Below, piece after piece: positions 1 to 14,840 of a DNA stretch of 64,000 bases; the first letter of the stretch is position 1; each line of letters starts with the position of its first letter. Made by a program: the position numbers and the translations under genes. This DNA comes from Octopus vulgaris (taxonomy: Eukaryota). The stretch covers positions 43,152,001 through 43,216,000 of the forward strand of contig OX597820.1 of NCBI GenBank assembly GCA_951406725.2. Reading direction: 5' to 3'. Below the pieces are notes generated by a model. It ran no database searches. It saw nothing but the letters and a program-made list of their open reading frames with translations, and had not been told where the DNA came from.

Positions 1-873
1 GTTAAGGACGATGGAGTATTGAAAGTAGAGCAGAAAGGAAAAGCAAAGAAGAAGTACGAAAAGGATATGAAGAAGAATTACGCAAGAAGGGACTACACGA
101 TCAATTCCATATAGCCACAACAGAAGTTTCAGGACAAAATAGATAGGATTGGCTGATGAAAGAACCTTAAAAAAAGCGACCGAAAGTACTATACCGGCAG
201 AGCAAGACCAAACTCTGGCCACGAACTGGAGGACCAGCCCGTGGAGTGAGCAAGTGTCTCCGCTGTACCTCATCTGCAATAGAGTGGATGAAACCATTAC
301 CCATATCACGAATGAACATCCTAGACTTGTCCAAAAGCACAAATTGTGGAGGCACGAACAGATAACGAAAGTGCTACATTGTAAACTGTGCGAAAAGTGG
401 GGTATAAAGAGAGGTAATACGTGGTATGAGCACAAAATGCAGAGTATGGCGGAGTCGGAGACTAGCTAGAGCATAACAGACCGGACCTAGTGGTGGTGAA
501 CATGGTGCACCACATATGCTATACAGTTGATGTTGCATACCCATTTGACCCATGAATAGTCAAGAAGTAAGGCGAAAAGGTAACTAAGTACAACCCTCTT
601 ATGTACGAAATCGCCCGGCTAAGGAAAATGAAGAAGATGAAGATAGTGCCAATAATTGTTGAGTCCTTGAGAACAGTATCAGAAGGGATCGAGAGGAATA
701 TAAAGGAATTTGGAATAGAACTGTTATAAAAGGTTTGCCTCCTTGGCACGAATAATCAGGAAAGAATTAGGTAGCTGAAAAGAACGGATGGCATTGTACC
801 GTAGGCTGCAGGTAGCAAGCTCGCTATGCATGAAAGACTCCAAGAACTCCAAGAAAATTTGTGATAATGAGAA
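1..873 (+). mobile_element. R4/Dong-like non-LTR retrotransposon 3' end (CCHC + restriction-like endonuclease), decayed
   Basis: Broken reading LKKATESTI..QDQTLATNW...ICNRVDETITHI...RHEQI..LH.KLCEKWG...WYEH, then RPDLVVV...VDVAYPFD...EKVTKY...IVPIIV...KVCLLGT. This is the typical RLE C-terminus. The 3' UTR runs into an (AAT)/(GAT) tract. Confidence 0.88.
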
Positions 874-950
874 ATAATAATAATAATGATGATGATGATG
901 ATGATGATGATGAAGACGACGGCGACGATGATGATAATATTAATAATAGT
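873..950 (+). repeat. (AAT)n/(GAT)n compound microsatellite
   Basis: Directly visible trinucleotide repeats at the 3' end of the element. Confidence 0.95.
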
Positions 951-959
951 AAATTAAGA

Positions 960-1141
960 AAAAATGACGTTGAAATAGAGGTCTTAAATATGTATCTGCA
1001 ATCATCAGGGCATTGGAAACAATAGCAAAATGCGCTCTTAAATACTATGTTCAAATATCAGGAAGTACTAAGTCATCACAATTAAAAAACATTGTGCTCA
1101 TGAATACTGCCCATACCCTTAAGAAGACAATATCAACTTGA
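960..1141 (+). mobile_element. Second RLE retroelement C-terminal fragment, highly decayed
   Basis: Translates AIIRALETIAK...QLKNIVLMNTAHTLKKTIST*, resembling the VIIGALG...LQK..LLGTAHILRKVL end of R4-like ORFs. Confidence 0.6.
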
Positions 1142-3132
1142 AAACGCTTGATTCTCTTAAAACTCCATCAAAACTGAAATATAAATCGAACAGAAGCTTA
1201 ATTCTCAGATTCTTACATCTTTCACATTCACTAGATCATCGCTATTCATAAACAACATCAAGTGTAAGACGCTCGACTTGATTTTACTTGAGGCCTCTGT
1301 GAGAAACTAGTAACAGCTCGTATAAAACAAAGCAGTAATAACGTAAATAATAACTTGGTAAGCCACAAAAAGTCCAAAAGATACTGGAGAAAGTAAAATT
1401 ACAAAGATACGTAGATCCCATAACAAAATAACTATAGCGAAAACAAGAGAACCGCAACAAACAGATTTCCAGAACGGGAAGTTTAACTGTTTCAAGTTCA
1501 GAGGCCAGCAGCATTTTCTGGTATTTGTCGCTTTTTCTAAGGCTATTCTCTCTATATTATTTTCCTATCCTTTTCTTTTCTTCTCCCACGCTTGTAGCAA
1601 TTGAAAATTCTCATAAACACTACTAGCCACATCAACTTCTTTCTACCCGGCTTCTCTACATCTTAAGTTTCACTGTTCATATTTCTGCACCAAATACCAA
1701 GCATATTTCTAGAAAAGCTATCCATACTCACTCGTCCTGATCATATACTCTTCTATTTCATTTTGGCAACAACGACCCGCAGATATTCATATTGCATTTC
1801 CAATGAGACACTCACTTAATGTTAAAATAATGACACTTAACCATCAGTCAACTTAACCATCAGTCCATCTTGTGAGGTCCATTTGTATATATTGGTGGGT
1901 TTCACAGCTTCAACTTGTCTCTTGGCTGTCTCCACCCTACCACAAACCCCGGCAAGACATACATCAGTTGACCTAGCTAAATAGACAAAATACTGTACAA
2001 TTTATTGGCTAGTACCTGTTGTGGTGGGATAAAAAATTCGCATTCGTTACTCCTGTAGTTTGAATACTCCAATGTTCTCAATTCATGATTTTGGATTCAA
2101 TCATGTAATAACAGAATACTTTTCGTGATTGATTTTCGAAATCTATCAGTCTACTCACACTGACTAACGCAAGAACATAGACTTGCAAAAATAATACATC
2201 AGGAACCGAAGGAGGATAACAGAGAAGTAGCTGAATTTTAGCAGAGAAATTTATGAGATTCGGCTACGAAAAATGTGCTTAGGTAACATTCGCTAAAAGG
2301 TAATGAAAAGGGAAAAAATATAATTGTGCTAGGTAAAAGATGACAGAAGTACACCCAGCACTCACATAAAAATGAATTAATAAACTAAACCATGTACAAC
2401 ACACAAATAGCAAAAATATTATAGACATATTAGATAAGCACTTACAAAAGATCTAAATTCAGAAATTGGTTAAACGCATTAATACTCTGTCTCTCCTAGC
2501 AATAATATTTAGTTATGATATTTTAATGTGTAGCCTAAACTAACTAGCGAGGCTAGACAGAAAAGTGGAAGATTCAATTGCACCTATATATAATAATGAA
2601 TGGTGGAAATTAATAAAAATGTCAACAATTTACGACCAAAACTAAAACAAATAGTTCTCTCACTTCAAGAAAGACAACAAATACATACAAGATAGATGCT
2701 GAATTAAATGATATCTATAAGAAAAGAAACTCCAACAGCAAATCGTGAACATATTAAAGCAAAACTACAGAAAACCATGTGAAAATGATTGCAAAAGAGC
2801 CCCTGTATATTGCAATATATGAATAAACCGAAGCGTGGAAGTAGACAAAATGAAATTTGCAAATCTCGAAAAATATCCAACTCTAATATGAGACGTCCCT
2901 GCTCCCGAAAAAACGTGAGCTTTTCACAAATTCTTGTACACCTAAATTAATTCCCTACGGACTAAGATTAGAGCGATTGCACTACAACCACTATAATCAT
3001 AAAACAATGCAGGCTATTGTAAGTGCACATTGAGTGTAGATGGGAAAGAAGCACTTTCCATTATAGTTTCTGGTTGTTCAGTCTTAGCGTCAGCGGGATA
3101 CACCCAAATGTATGACACGTTTGAGAAGTAAA

Positions 3133-4339
3133 TACGAGGGTGGGCTGAAAATTCCATAGGCTGAAGACTATGGTGTGATGCTAGAGGTATGAAGTCTTGC
3201 ATGTATTAATGTCAACATTTTTTACTAATAACCACAATGTTTTTCCAGGTAAACCATCTAATTGTTCAAAGGAAATTTCAGAAGTAACTACTAGCGACAT
3301 CTCATGAAAATCGACAAAAGTTAGCATGGTGGTGTTATTAAGTACCTACAGGAAACGGGTTTAGCCCCCAACGACATTCATGCAGGTATTGTTGCTAAAT
3401 TAGGGGATGATGCTCCAGCTTTATAAACAGTGCAAAAGTAGGCAGCTGAATTTATAATGGAAAGAGTGAGTCTTGACAATAACACATTGTCTGGACGTCC
3501 TGCAACTTCCTCCATCAAGGGAAACATTGATCGTGTTCACCACATGGTGATTGAAGACATGCGACTGATTATACATCAAATAGCCAATGCTATTAGCATA
3601 TCCCGCAAGAAAGTTCAGAATATACTCCATCATGAACTTGACATGATGAAGGTTTCTGCTCGGCGGGTGCCACGTCTTCGGACAACAGTATAAAAGCGCA
3701 CCAGCTTGATCGCATTACGGGAAAATTAGATATTGTTTGAAGCAGATCCCAGTTATCTTCTTGAACGTTTTCTAACCCAGGGGGAGTGTCGGCTTCATCA
3801 CTTTGAGTCAGAGACAAAGAGAAAATCCATACCGTAAAAGCACCCCGACTCATCCGCTCCAAAAAAGGTCAATGTCTTTTCATCCGATGAGAAGGTGATG
3901 ATCTTTTTTTTTGCATGCAAAACGCATTGTGTTCATTGACTATTTTCAAAGGGGCCACACCAGAAATGGAGAATACTACGCCAGCTGGCTGGAGCAGTTA
4001 CTAAAGGCTTTCTAGATCAAACTCCCAGGAACACTAAATGAAAAGTGTCCTGTTTCAGCAGGAGGATGTCCCAGCACAGCAAGTCCTTGCTCTCAAAGGT
4101 TTCAGTCCGTGACTGTAACTTTGAACTAGCTGAACACCGTCCCTATTCTCTTGATCTAGCCTCATCGGACTATCATGTGTTCACGAATATGAAAAATTAA
4201 TTGGCAGGGAACCATATCGCAGTGATGATGGCTGCCAAGCACTGCAACACTGATCGGAGAATTGTGTGGGTAACAAAGTGGAGGAGCTATATTGAAAAAA
4301 ATTCGTCATTCTATTCGAGTATCTAGGTTAGCCTTCGTA
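3133..4339 (+). mobile_element. mariner transposon, near full length, inactivated
   Basis: Left end TA-CGAGGGTGGGCTGAAAA. Reading VIKYLQ..GLAPNDIH...SGRPATS...NILHHELDMMKVSARRVPRL (WVPRLL motif), later HRPYSLDLASSDYH (YSPDLAPSD motif). Degraded right end ...CCTTCGTA. Confidence 0.88.
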
Positions 4340-4989
4340 CATTAGAAATTATACTAGCAATATTAAATATCAACAAAAAGGGAAAAAAGCACTAAATTTT
4401 GCATGCACACGAAAAGGCCTCCAACTATGTCAGGTTGATTATTCTTCGCACTATATATACCCTCATACACAGATATCAAGGTTAATCGCCAAGATATTGT
4501 TGTGAAGGACCACCACGAAAGCAAATGTCTCTTTAAATAAAGTACCGGCCCTAAAAGATGAAAATATATCACACGAAGTACTTCGGAAATTATCCTCACA
4601 TATAGCGTTGGAATTTGCGATAACCGCAGTACGTGTGAGATGCGGCGGGGCTGGGATTGAAAATCAATATCTCATGGATATAAAACGGAAATTTACTCTA
4701 TCTGGTAGGGCTATTGCTAGAGAACTAAATGATTATGAAAAACTGTGCACGTTCAAAGTAATGATGCATAATTAAATATAATGGACTAAAATGAAAGAAC
4801 AATCGTAAACAGAAACATTTTACATACAACTAAAATGATGTGTATAAAAGTGACTACATATATTGTGGAAAAATCATTAATGAAATATGCGTATTTATCT
4901 ACAACGTGTATTTAAAAAAAACAAAAATTTCTATTGTATTAAGCCTATTTTCCTTTATCACATACACACGCATACGTACACACAAGCAG

Positions 4990-4999
4990 ACACACACAC

Positions 5000-5083
<84 letters not shown>
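4990..5083. repeat. (CA)n(TA)n microsatellite
   Basis: Directly visible. Confidence 0.95.
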
Positions 5084-5085
<2 letters not shown>

Positions 5086-5383
5086 GCGCACATACTCATT
5101 CATGTATATGAAAATACACACACATGGCGGTGTATATATGTATATCATATTTTGGGATGTGGCATACACAACAATTCTGTTAATTAGTAGCTATTTATCT
5201 GTCTGCTATCGATTCCTTTGATTTTAAACAATGCTAATCTTTTCACCGAATTGACCTCAATGTATTATTTGTGCATATTGTATTCCATGGACGACAAAGA
5301 CCGGATGTAAAACGTGAGTATTTATGAGTATATGCATACGTAGAACGAGAGAGTGATTAAGAGAGATATATAAATAGATAGAT

Positions 5384-5500
<117 letters not shown>

Positions 5501-5993
5501 CAAGTACACACACACATGCAAATCTTTATGTATGAATGTGTGTGTATGTATACATTCTGTAAGGCAATTTAATCCAGTGCTATTCAAGTTGGATGTATTT
5601 TAAAAACATATCAGCCTCATACTCAGTACTCAAAGTTTCCATTATGTTTGTGACTGGCCTCAGCGCTATCATCCATAACTTCATCATCTTCATCATCATT
5701 AACGTTTTATCCATTATCGCCATCATCATATCACATTCAAGCTGCTTCCTCATCAAATTAATTAACTTGCCCTTAATGTTTATCATGCCAATCATATCCA
5801 ACATTAATTAGTATTGTTTGATAATATATTTTGTGAAAATCTATCTAAAACCGTTTCATCTGAAGAGTAATATGATATATGTTGCCACAGAAACTGAACA
5901 ATTAAATTAATACGTTTTCTTTTAACAGGGAAATACTGAAGTTTGACCGAGTGGCAGTAGCTAGTATAGTAGCTAGTATAGTAGCTAGTATAG

Positions 5994-7153
5994 GTGTTGC
6001 TGACCTATTACAAAGTCTGCGACACCATCTGTGTATTCCCTCAGAGTGAAATTGAAGAAGAGTTGGGCGGGATTTCTGCCAACTTATAGGTTCATCCGTA
6101 GGGGTGCAAAGTACGCCACGGTGTGCGTGCTTTTCGACACCCCTACGGAGGCTCAGAAATTTGCGAATCAACCTATAGATGGGAGGTAGATTTTGTTTCT
6201 CCCCACTTATGGTGGGCGTAAATTGACAAGACCCTGGGTGTGTGGGCTGCCGCCCGCTATAGATGCTGAATAGATAGAAGATTCTATCCGTTGAGGCCTG
6301 GGTGGTGGCCCTGCTCGGCTCTTGAATGTACAAATATTGCCTGCGGTCGATTGGGTCGAGTCAAAAGCAACGTTGACCCTTTGGGCCCAATCGGCTGAAG
6401 ATCTGGTTTTTCCAGATTTCTTGACAATGGCTGGTTCCAAGCACCTGGTGATCATTGAGTGACGCCCCCACCAAGTGTCACCTGTGCCTGAAATAAGGGC
6501 ACACGAAGAAGAACTGTTTGCCGGGACCAGGTGAAGGTCCTGGAACTGTTGATGACTTTAAACACCCTGTTCCCCAACGAAGCCTCCTGCTTCTTCATCG
6601 GAGAGAGAGAGGGAGAAAGTCGAGGAGGGGGTAACCTCCTCGAGAAAATGTACTAAGAGAAAGAAGGTGGGCAACAATGTTTGCCAACCGATGGAGCCTG
6701 AGGTGGCGGGAAGGGAGGAGGGACCTCCGAACATGTCGGAGGTATTCCACTCTCCCGTCGCAAAGGGGAAAAGAAAGAAGAAAAAAAACGGGGCATCGCC
6801 GGCGACGGCATGTCCCGAAATCCCTTCGATTGGCGGTTGCAAGAATACCTGCAGGCCGCAAAAGAGTTAATTGAGGGAGTAATGTAAGAAGTTTATCGCC
6901 TCCATATGTATAAAATTTGTTCGTGATGGACTTCTAGTCCAATTTTTTGTATGTATTTGTAAGAGTTTTAATTCCTCTATATATGTTGTTTTTAACGAAC
7001 AATGTTTTAGAGAAGCAGGGTGTCGGCGGGCGATTTTCTGTCTTCTCCCATTTTATCATCTTGTATCATTATCATTCACCTCATTAATGTCTTGTCCTGC
7101 CCGCAAAAATACATATCTGTGTAACGCCTTTATGGCAAATGATATAAAATAAT
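5994..7153 (+). mobile_element. L1/Tx1-type ORF1-only retroelement (HAL1-like or internally deleted) with TSD
   Basis: Broken ORF FIRRGAKYATVCVLFDTPTEAQKF...FLPTYGGRKLTRPWVCGLPPAID, then zinc knuckle CHLCLK*GHTKKNC (6476-6517). A-rich 3' end. GTAGCTAGTATAG on both sides (5981-5993, 7154-7166). Confidence 0.75.
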
Positions 7154-8571
7154 GTAGCTAGTATAGCCGATTAATTATAAAGTTTACTTTGCACACACGG
7201 TTTCAATCTCACTCCGTGCTACCTTGGGCAGATTTCATTTTTCTATAACATCGGATCAATCGGTAAAATTCGCTAGAAGGGAACTTCATAGAAGCGGGTC
7301 TTCATACTGCGTAATACTGATTCTGTTGAGAACTCACGCGTTAATTCAGGAGCAGATAATTCAGTTGACAGAGCAACTGAATCTTTGTTACCGAACAGCG
7401 ACGATTAACCATTGCTGAAGTTATCTTCTTGCATGTCACGTAAATTAGTTTAAAATCACAAAACAACGTTAGATATTTGGGACAAAGTAGTGTACATTGT
7501 TGTAAATAAATATCTCGTATTCTATTTGCTTTTTCTTTCCCCCCCCCCACTTCTTTCTTGTTTCCTCTTTTCTTCACAGCTACCCTTCTCTCTATCTCTA
7601 TCTCTCTCTTACTCTTTCTCTTCATCTCTCGCTCTCCTTTCTTCTCTCCCTTGATTCCTCTCTTTCTCTTTATTTCTCGATATCTACTACTCAGGATATT
7701 GTGACCGGATTAATTATAACAATGAAATATATTCCTCACTGCAACCTAGTATCCACGTATTAAGACGATTCTCTAGCGAAACACTTCTCTTCGACGCTAA
7801 TCAACATGCAAAGTCATTTCCTTCAGAAATTCAATCATTCATGAACTTACAACACTATATCCCCAAGCATTTCTAGCATCTGAAGCTATGCAAATGTAAC
7901 AGGAATATTACATACTTCTCCCACAATACTCGACGTTTGTCTTGAATCAAAATAGAATATATGTCGATTATTTAAATAAAAATATTATTTTCTGACTTTG
8001 TAGAATCTAAATATAAAATTGGAGATTATTCGACAAAAATGAAAACAAAATACCGTAAATACAAGGTTCATCTTTGCATTTTGTTTTATACTTCCCTAAC
8101 TTATTGACTACATTCCTATAATTTTGGGATGCCTCGCAGCAAATATAGCCTGCGGTTCTTTGTTGGAAATCCCTAGGTGACTTAAGCCATTATTAGAGAG
8201 GGAATAATCGACTAGTAAGTAATGGAAACAGCAAACACAGTAGAATAATATCGTAAAAAAGAATTATTCATGCGTATTACATAAGTTACAAGAGACATGG
8301 GAAAGTATTTCTATGAAACTGTGGACGATTGTTAACGAAAGGTGTTGTAAAGCCCCGTGTATATTTATTAGGCTAGATTCCTGTGAGACATAATTTCAGG
8401 AAGCGCGCAGTTGAAAGCCATACAGTTATCTTCATTAATAAGAAGTTTGCGAAGAAATCTCCATATAAGAAAGAGAGAGAGAACAGAATAGTTAGCCGTC
8501 AGGTTAAAGTGTACGAAGCCTGCCAATATAAATGCAACAATTTGAGAAGGTTTACAGCCCGAAGAATGCGC

Positions 8572-8610
<39 letters not shown>

Positions 8611-8614
<4 letters not shown>

Positions 8615-8800
8615 GAATGCTGAAAAGTTCCTGGCTTTGGGCAAAGGAAAATACAGGAGCATCAGTTCATAATGATTTTATTCAACATATTCCCCTTTCA
8701 GATTTGCACACCTATTGCAGCGATCCTTCAGCTTTTCTAAGCCCTGCAAATGAACACGGTATTTTGGGCGTTCAACGAGGCCTAAAGCCAGGAAATTTGA
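8611..8800. mobile_element. mariner-derived MITE
   Basis: TIR-like TGCTGAAAAGTTCCTGGCTTT / AAAGCCAGGAAATTT. Same family as 13217-13437, opposite orientation. Confidence 0.7.
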
Positions 8801-9074
8801 ATTTGTTATGTACACATTTACCGTCTTGGAAGATCACCATAGGTTTTTCTTATAAGACTGACAGAAGTAGTTAAGTTTAACCCTAGGCGTTAAGAACCGC
8901 TGATGTGGTTTAAGATGGTCTATATCAAAATCTCAAATCGCGATCCCACTATGTACGCTGGGGACTTAATTCCCTTTGTTAGTCACTTAAGACAGTGCGT
9001 TTATGGCTTTCAGTTAATTTAACTCCTATCTTTAGCAAATGCGGTGCTATTCAGTACCCTCTGTCACTTTTGAC

Positions 9075-9392
9075 ATAGATTCCTATGTGTGTGGCACAGT
9101 TTAGAATGTCTCCAACTGCTTTGCATGCAAAATCAATGCAGTGCTAGTGGCCAAGAATAAAGAAGCGTCCGAAGATCTTATCAGAAATGCAATGAGGAAT
9201 GTATACTTCAGGTTCCGGTGTCATCTTGAGGCCTTGGTGAAAGCTGAGGATGGCTATTTTGAGCAATATTTTACTTCCCAGCCATAATATAGTTGATATC
9301 TTGGGATTTTTTTAAGTACTTCCATTTTTTGGATGGGATACTGTGCCTTCTTTCTCTCTTGTACAAACTGTCAAATATAGCCCAAACACCGA
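9075..9392 (+). mobile_element. Tc1/mariner-superfamily transposase C-terminal relic
   Basis: Reads ...RFRCHLEALVKAEDGYFE, typical of the end of Tc1/maT transposases. Confidence 0.5.
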
Positions 9393-10306
9393 GAACATAT
9401 TTTTGATATATAATTTCCTTCGTTATATAATTCTCTACTGTTATATGAAAGGTATGGGATTTCTAAAATCTAGGAAATTAATATCCACTATCAGCTCATA
9501 GATCTTGCGTACAATTACTCTACAGTGCATATAAGAGTACACTTAGTGCGTGTTAATTCGCCCATGTATTAAACGCACCGGACAGTCTTGTAACTATAAC
9601 ATAGAGGCTAAGCAGAAAAGTGATATCTGTGAGGAGAATTATCTGTTCTTTGAGTGGTGTAATAAATATATAATATTCTAGAAAGCACCGGCATTCTATC
9701 ATTTCTTGAATCAGGAAGCATTTACTTCTTTATATATAGCATTAAAATTGTTGAATCAGTCTCTCTCTACTCAGACTAGTATCTAATAGCTTTAATACAT
9801 AGTTAACATCTAATCTGGTTGTGGTTGAACTGCTAATCAAAGGAGTGCAGAATTTGTTGATAAGCAACTTGCAGTTATTGACTGAGTTAGTTACTGTTCC
9901 CTCACCTTGAACAGACAAGATTTTGTAGATAACAAGTAACATTTAATAGTATCGTTCTGAAGCTAATGAGACACTGAAAGAGAAATATTCTCGTAAATAA
10001 TGTTTAAGAGTTTAGGATCATAGATAAAATCAAGTCCAAACATGCTCGTTAAAGTGCAGACGCTTTGGAAATTGTTCGCAACACGTGAATTTTAAAATTG
10101 CAAGGAAAATTTCCTTTTATCATTCACGGTAAATTTCAAATATTATCCAATGAAATAAAGTATTTAATAATTAAGGCTACTGAAGTACATTAACTAATTC
10201 AAAGCAGTTTTAGCAAAGCATATCCTTTATGTTAGCATAAATGATTTGTATGCCGATATAAATTACCCTACAACACACTTGGTTATTTCAGCATATATAT
10301 ATGTGT

Positions 10307-10346
<40 letters not shown>

Positions 10347-10445
10347 GTGTGTGTGTAGATAAATAAATAGACACATTTATATATAGAGATAGGAATGCTA
10401 ACATAGACAAACACACACACATACACACACAGAGACACAGACATA

Positions 10446-10493
<48 letters not shown>

Positions 10494-10571
10494 CACAAAC
10501 ACACACGCACTTATATAGATTACTTGATCGATTGATAATCCATTCGTCTGTAGTTGTTGTTTTCATCCTTA

Positions 10572-10717
<146 letters not shown>

Positions 10718-10931
10718 GTGAGTGAGAGAGCCGCGCATTTCATCAAGGTGACACAGTGTTACATATATATGAAGCCCAGTATAGCCATCATGATTGCCGG
10801 TCTGATAAGTGTACACCTGGCGTATGCATCACAACCATATGTGCGCGACATGGTGATCACATATCAAGATAAACAGCACTTGACCTTGCAGGTGGGAGAA
10901 TTTTCTTCAGGCTGAATAGTCCATCCCGTAC

Positions 10932-10932
<1 letters not shown>
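10718..10932 (-). mobile_element. 5'-truncated LINE 3' end between (TTA)n tracts
   Basis: About 215 bp of complex sequence flanked on both sides by (TTA)n. It resembles an abundant octopus LINE 3' UTR (recalled, not verified). Confidence 0.55.
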
Positions 10933-10994
<62 letters not shown>

Positions 10995-11033
10995 GTTGTT
11001 GTGGTTGTTGCTGTTGTTGTTGTTGTTGTTGTT

Positions 11034-11797
<764 letters not shown>

Positions 11798-12600
11798 TTC
11801 TCTTTATCAGACGTTTTGTTGGCGCTCCTGGAATCTTGCATGCGTAGCGGGCTTACTACCTGCAGCCTACGGTGCCATGCTATTCTTTTTTTTCAGCTAT
11901 TTCATACTTCCCTGATTATTCTAGCCGTACCATGGAAACAAACCTTTTGCAACAGTTCTACTGGACACTCTATCCCAATATTCTTTATACTACGGTTGAT
12001 GCTCTCTGATAGTCCTTGTTGAGTCCTTCCGAAGGACTATCATCACCTTCTATTTTGTACCTAAGACGGTTGTATCTATCTTTTCGCCTTCCTCCTTTAC
12101 TATTCGTGGACCAAAGCGGCATGCAACATCAACTATCTAGCATATGTGATGCGCTTTGTCCCACACCACTACGTCCGGTCTATTATACTCTAGCACCTGA
12201 TCTGTTTGGATTGAGAAATACCCAATGATTTTGCTAGTTTCCGACTCCGTTGCTCTCTGCTGCTTGTGCTACTACAACCTCTTGCTCTCTCTAACTCCCA
12301 TTATTCACACAGTTTCCAATTTAGTAATTTCTCTACCTGGTCATGCCTCCATAACTTGTAGTGGTTTTGGGCAAGTCTAGTGAATTCGTTCGTGATATGG
12401 GTAATGGTTTCATCCACTCTATTGCAGATATGGCACAGCGGAGACACTTGCTCATTCCTAATGTTAACCTGTCAGTTCATGGCCAAAGCTTTGTCTTGCG
12501 CTGCCAGTATAATGCTTTTCCCAAGAGGGAAGACTTGGAATTTATCGATCTATCTCTGAGAGTAAGTTTGGTTTGACCTATGTAGTCCTCGTTACATCAT
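11798..12600 (-). mobile_element. R4/Dong-like retroelement 3' end, same family as 1-873
   Basis: The reverse complement matches 1-873, e.g. ACCGTAGGCTGCAGGTAG in the 3' UTR and AATAGAGTGGATGAAACCATTACCCATATCACG in the CCHC region. Confidence 0.88.
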
Positions 12601-13216
12601 TTCCATTCAACAAATTATATTTTAGAATATTTTGACGAAGAGGTAACGTGATGTTTTCATGCTAAAAATCCGTCCTGGTTTAAAGTTATATGTCTCGCCT
12701 TCAATGAGACTGATGCAAGTCTCGCAATTAGAGCGGTCACACTATTTTACTGTTGGTGTGAGGTTGATAGAAGGTAATTTAGCGCTGGTAGTTACTTTTC
12801 ACAAATCCGAAAAATATATTCATACAAAAATACAAACCAAGTCAGAATAATCTTTCACAAAGTACATTCCCCAACAACCACTCACACACAGATAACAACG
12901 TAATCTGTGGTTACAATCATAATTTTTGTTTCGTATGACGCTAATGCACGCATTTTGTGAAGAACAAAATTTTATGCCCACGCCCACACATACAAGCCAT
13001 AAACTTTTAGCTGATGAATTACAGGGAAACAATTTTCTATTCTACTACTTGACAGATTAAATGTAGGGAGCCTTGATAGTTTGGAACTGTCAGTCTTAAT
13101 TTTGGCGCAAAAATATAGTTACTTTATATTATCGCACAGGCACAGCCGGTTATATATATGTGTATGTGTGTGCTCATGTGTGTGTGTGCTTGTGTGTGTG
13201 TGTGCTCGTTTACATT

Positions 13217-13437
13217 TATGAGGTAGTGCTGAAAAGTTCCCGGGTTTAAGCGTATCGCGAAACGCCTGGTCGGAGGCCCAAACTTTCGAGTTCTTTTGCA
13301 GGGCTTAGAAGAACTGAAGGAAAGCAGCATCAAGTCTGTGACTGTGAGAAGGAAATATCTTGAATAAAGCCCTACTTCACTGATCCTCCTTTATTTTCTT
13401 TTAACCAAAGCCAGCAACTTCTCAGCACCCCATCGTA
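13217..13437. mobile_element. mariner-derived MITE (~220 bp) with TA ends
   Basis: TIRs TATGAGGTAGTGCTGAAAAGTT / AACTTCTCAGCACCCCATCGTA. Confidence 0.8.
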
Positions 13438-13637
13438 TATAGGTATGCCAATCTGCTGAAATCAGATTTTACAACGCCTTTCCTCATACTGTTTATTTAT
13501 AATTATTTTCATTACCTAATGCATTGAAAAATTTTATTACGTATATTTCTGAGTGCATGTGTGTATGCGTGCGATTTACAACCTATTTGAACTTCTCTAG
13601 TCGCACATCTGAATAGTTAGATGCATAATCACAGGGG

Positions 13638-13779
<142 letters not shown>

Positions 13780-13852
13780 TTTCCTCGTGAAACCACAGGA
13801 ACGAATTTATGGTTAACTTGACGATTTTATAGGTTCGGTCATATCCGTAAAA

Positions 13853-14840
13853 TATCAGGTTACCGCATAAGTTCTGTCCGAATTTTGAATAAAGGAAACA
13901 AGTAATCACATATTATATTTCAATGAAGTTTAATAATCAATGTACGTTCCCTGATTATTTATGACTTCCTTCCATCTATTTATAAGCTTTTTAATCCCAT
14001 CATTGTAAAACACTTTTGGTTTCAAAGCGAAGAACTCTGAAATGCCAGTTTCGACCTCCTTCTGGCATGCGAAAGTTATGTCCCCCAAATAATTCTGTAA
14101 ACTACGATAGAGAGAAGTACCTTTTATCCATGAAGTTCCCTTCTCGGTTGTGGTTGAGCTTTTCCCCTTTTACCAAGGCACTATTTACGACGTTTAACAT
14201 TTCAATAGATCCATTTTTCGTGACCAGTTACAAGTCTATCCAAAAAGGGTGAAATGAGTTCGTGAGAACGGAGAGAAGAGCTTTTTGATAATTCATGAGA
14301 CACCCATTTTCCAAGTTTAGGAACCTTTCCAAGTTGTTGAAGATGACGATGAGCAGTTGTATGGTTTGAACTAAGCTTTATTACCAATTCTTCAACCGAT
14401 AATGCAGGATTTTCTTCAAGTAATGCCTCAAGGAGTTTATCATAAAACTCAACTGGACGTCCTGTTCGATCTTCATCTTCAAGGCTAAAATCTCCACTTC
14501 TGAAGTTTGCAAACTATCTTCTGCAATTTCTTTCATTCAAACATTCTTTCCCATAAACTGAGTATATGTTTCGAGTCGCTTCCGCTGTAGAGTTTCCTTT
14601 TTTTTGTACTCATAAAGCATTATGTGCCTCAAATGTTCTTTGGATATTTCCATGTTAGATAGGGTTTTAATCCAAGAAATTTTATTTCTGTTATTCTATA
14701 AAATAATATTTCATTAGTTTAAATGTACACAAACGCATAAAAATAATTTTAAATTCCATTAAACATTCTAAAATACTATTAAATTCCATTCAATTTTAAA
14801 AAAAGGTAAAATCGGACAAAACTTATGGGATGACCTGACA
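13853..14840 (-). mobile_element. mariner transposon with internal deletion
   Basis: TIRs TCAGGTTACCGCATAAGTTCTGTCCGA / TCGGACAAAACTTATGGGATGACCTGA. Reading MEISKEHLRHIMLYEYKK...FRSGDFSLEDEDRTGRP...GKWVSHEL...FLDRLVTGHEKWIY. Confidence 0.92.

Noticed and set aside
1307-1565. Hydrophobic minus-strand ORF resembling two TM helices, with a DnaJ-like RRVYDQ upstream
   Set aside because: In-frame stops upstream, no clear splice or start context, and T-rich strands give hydrophobic readings by chance.
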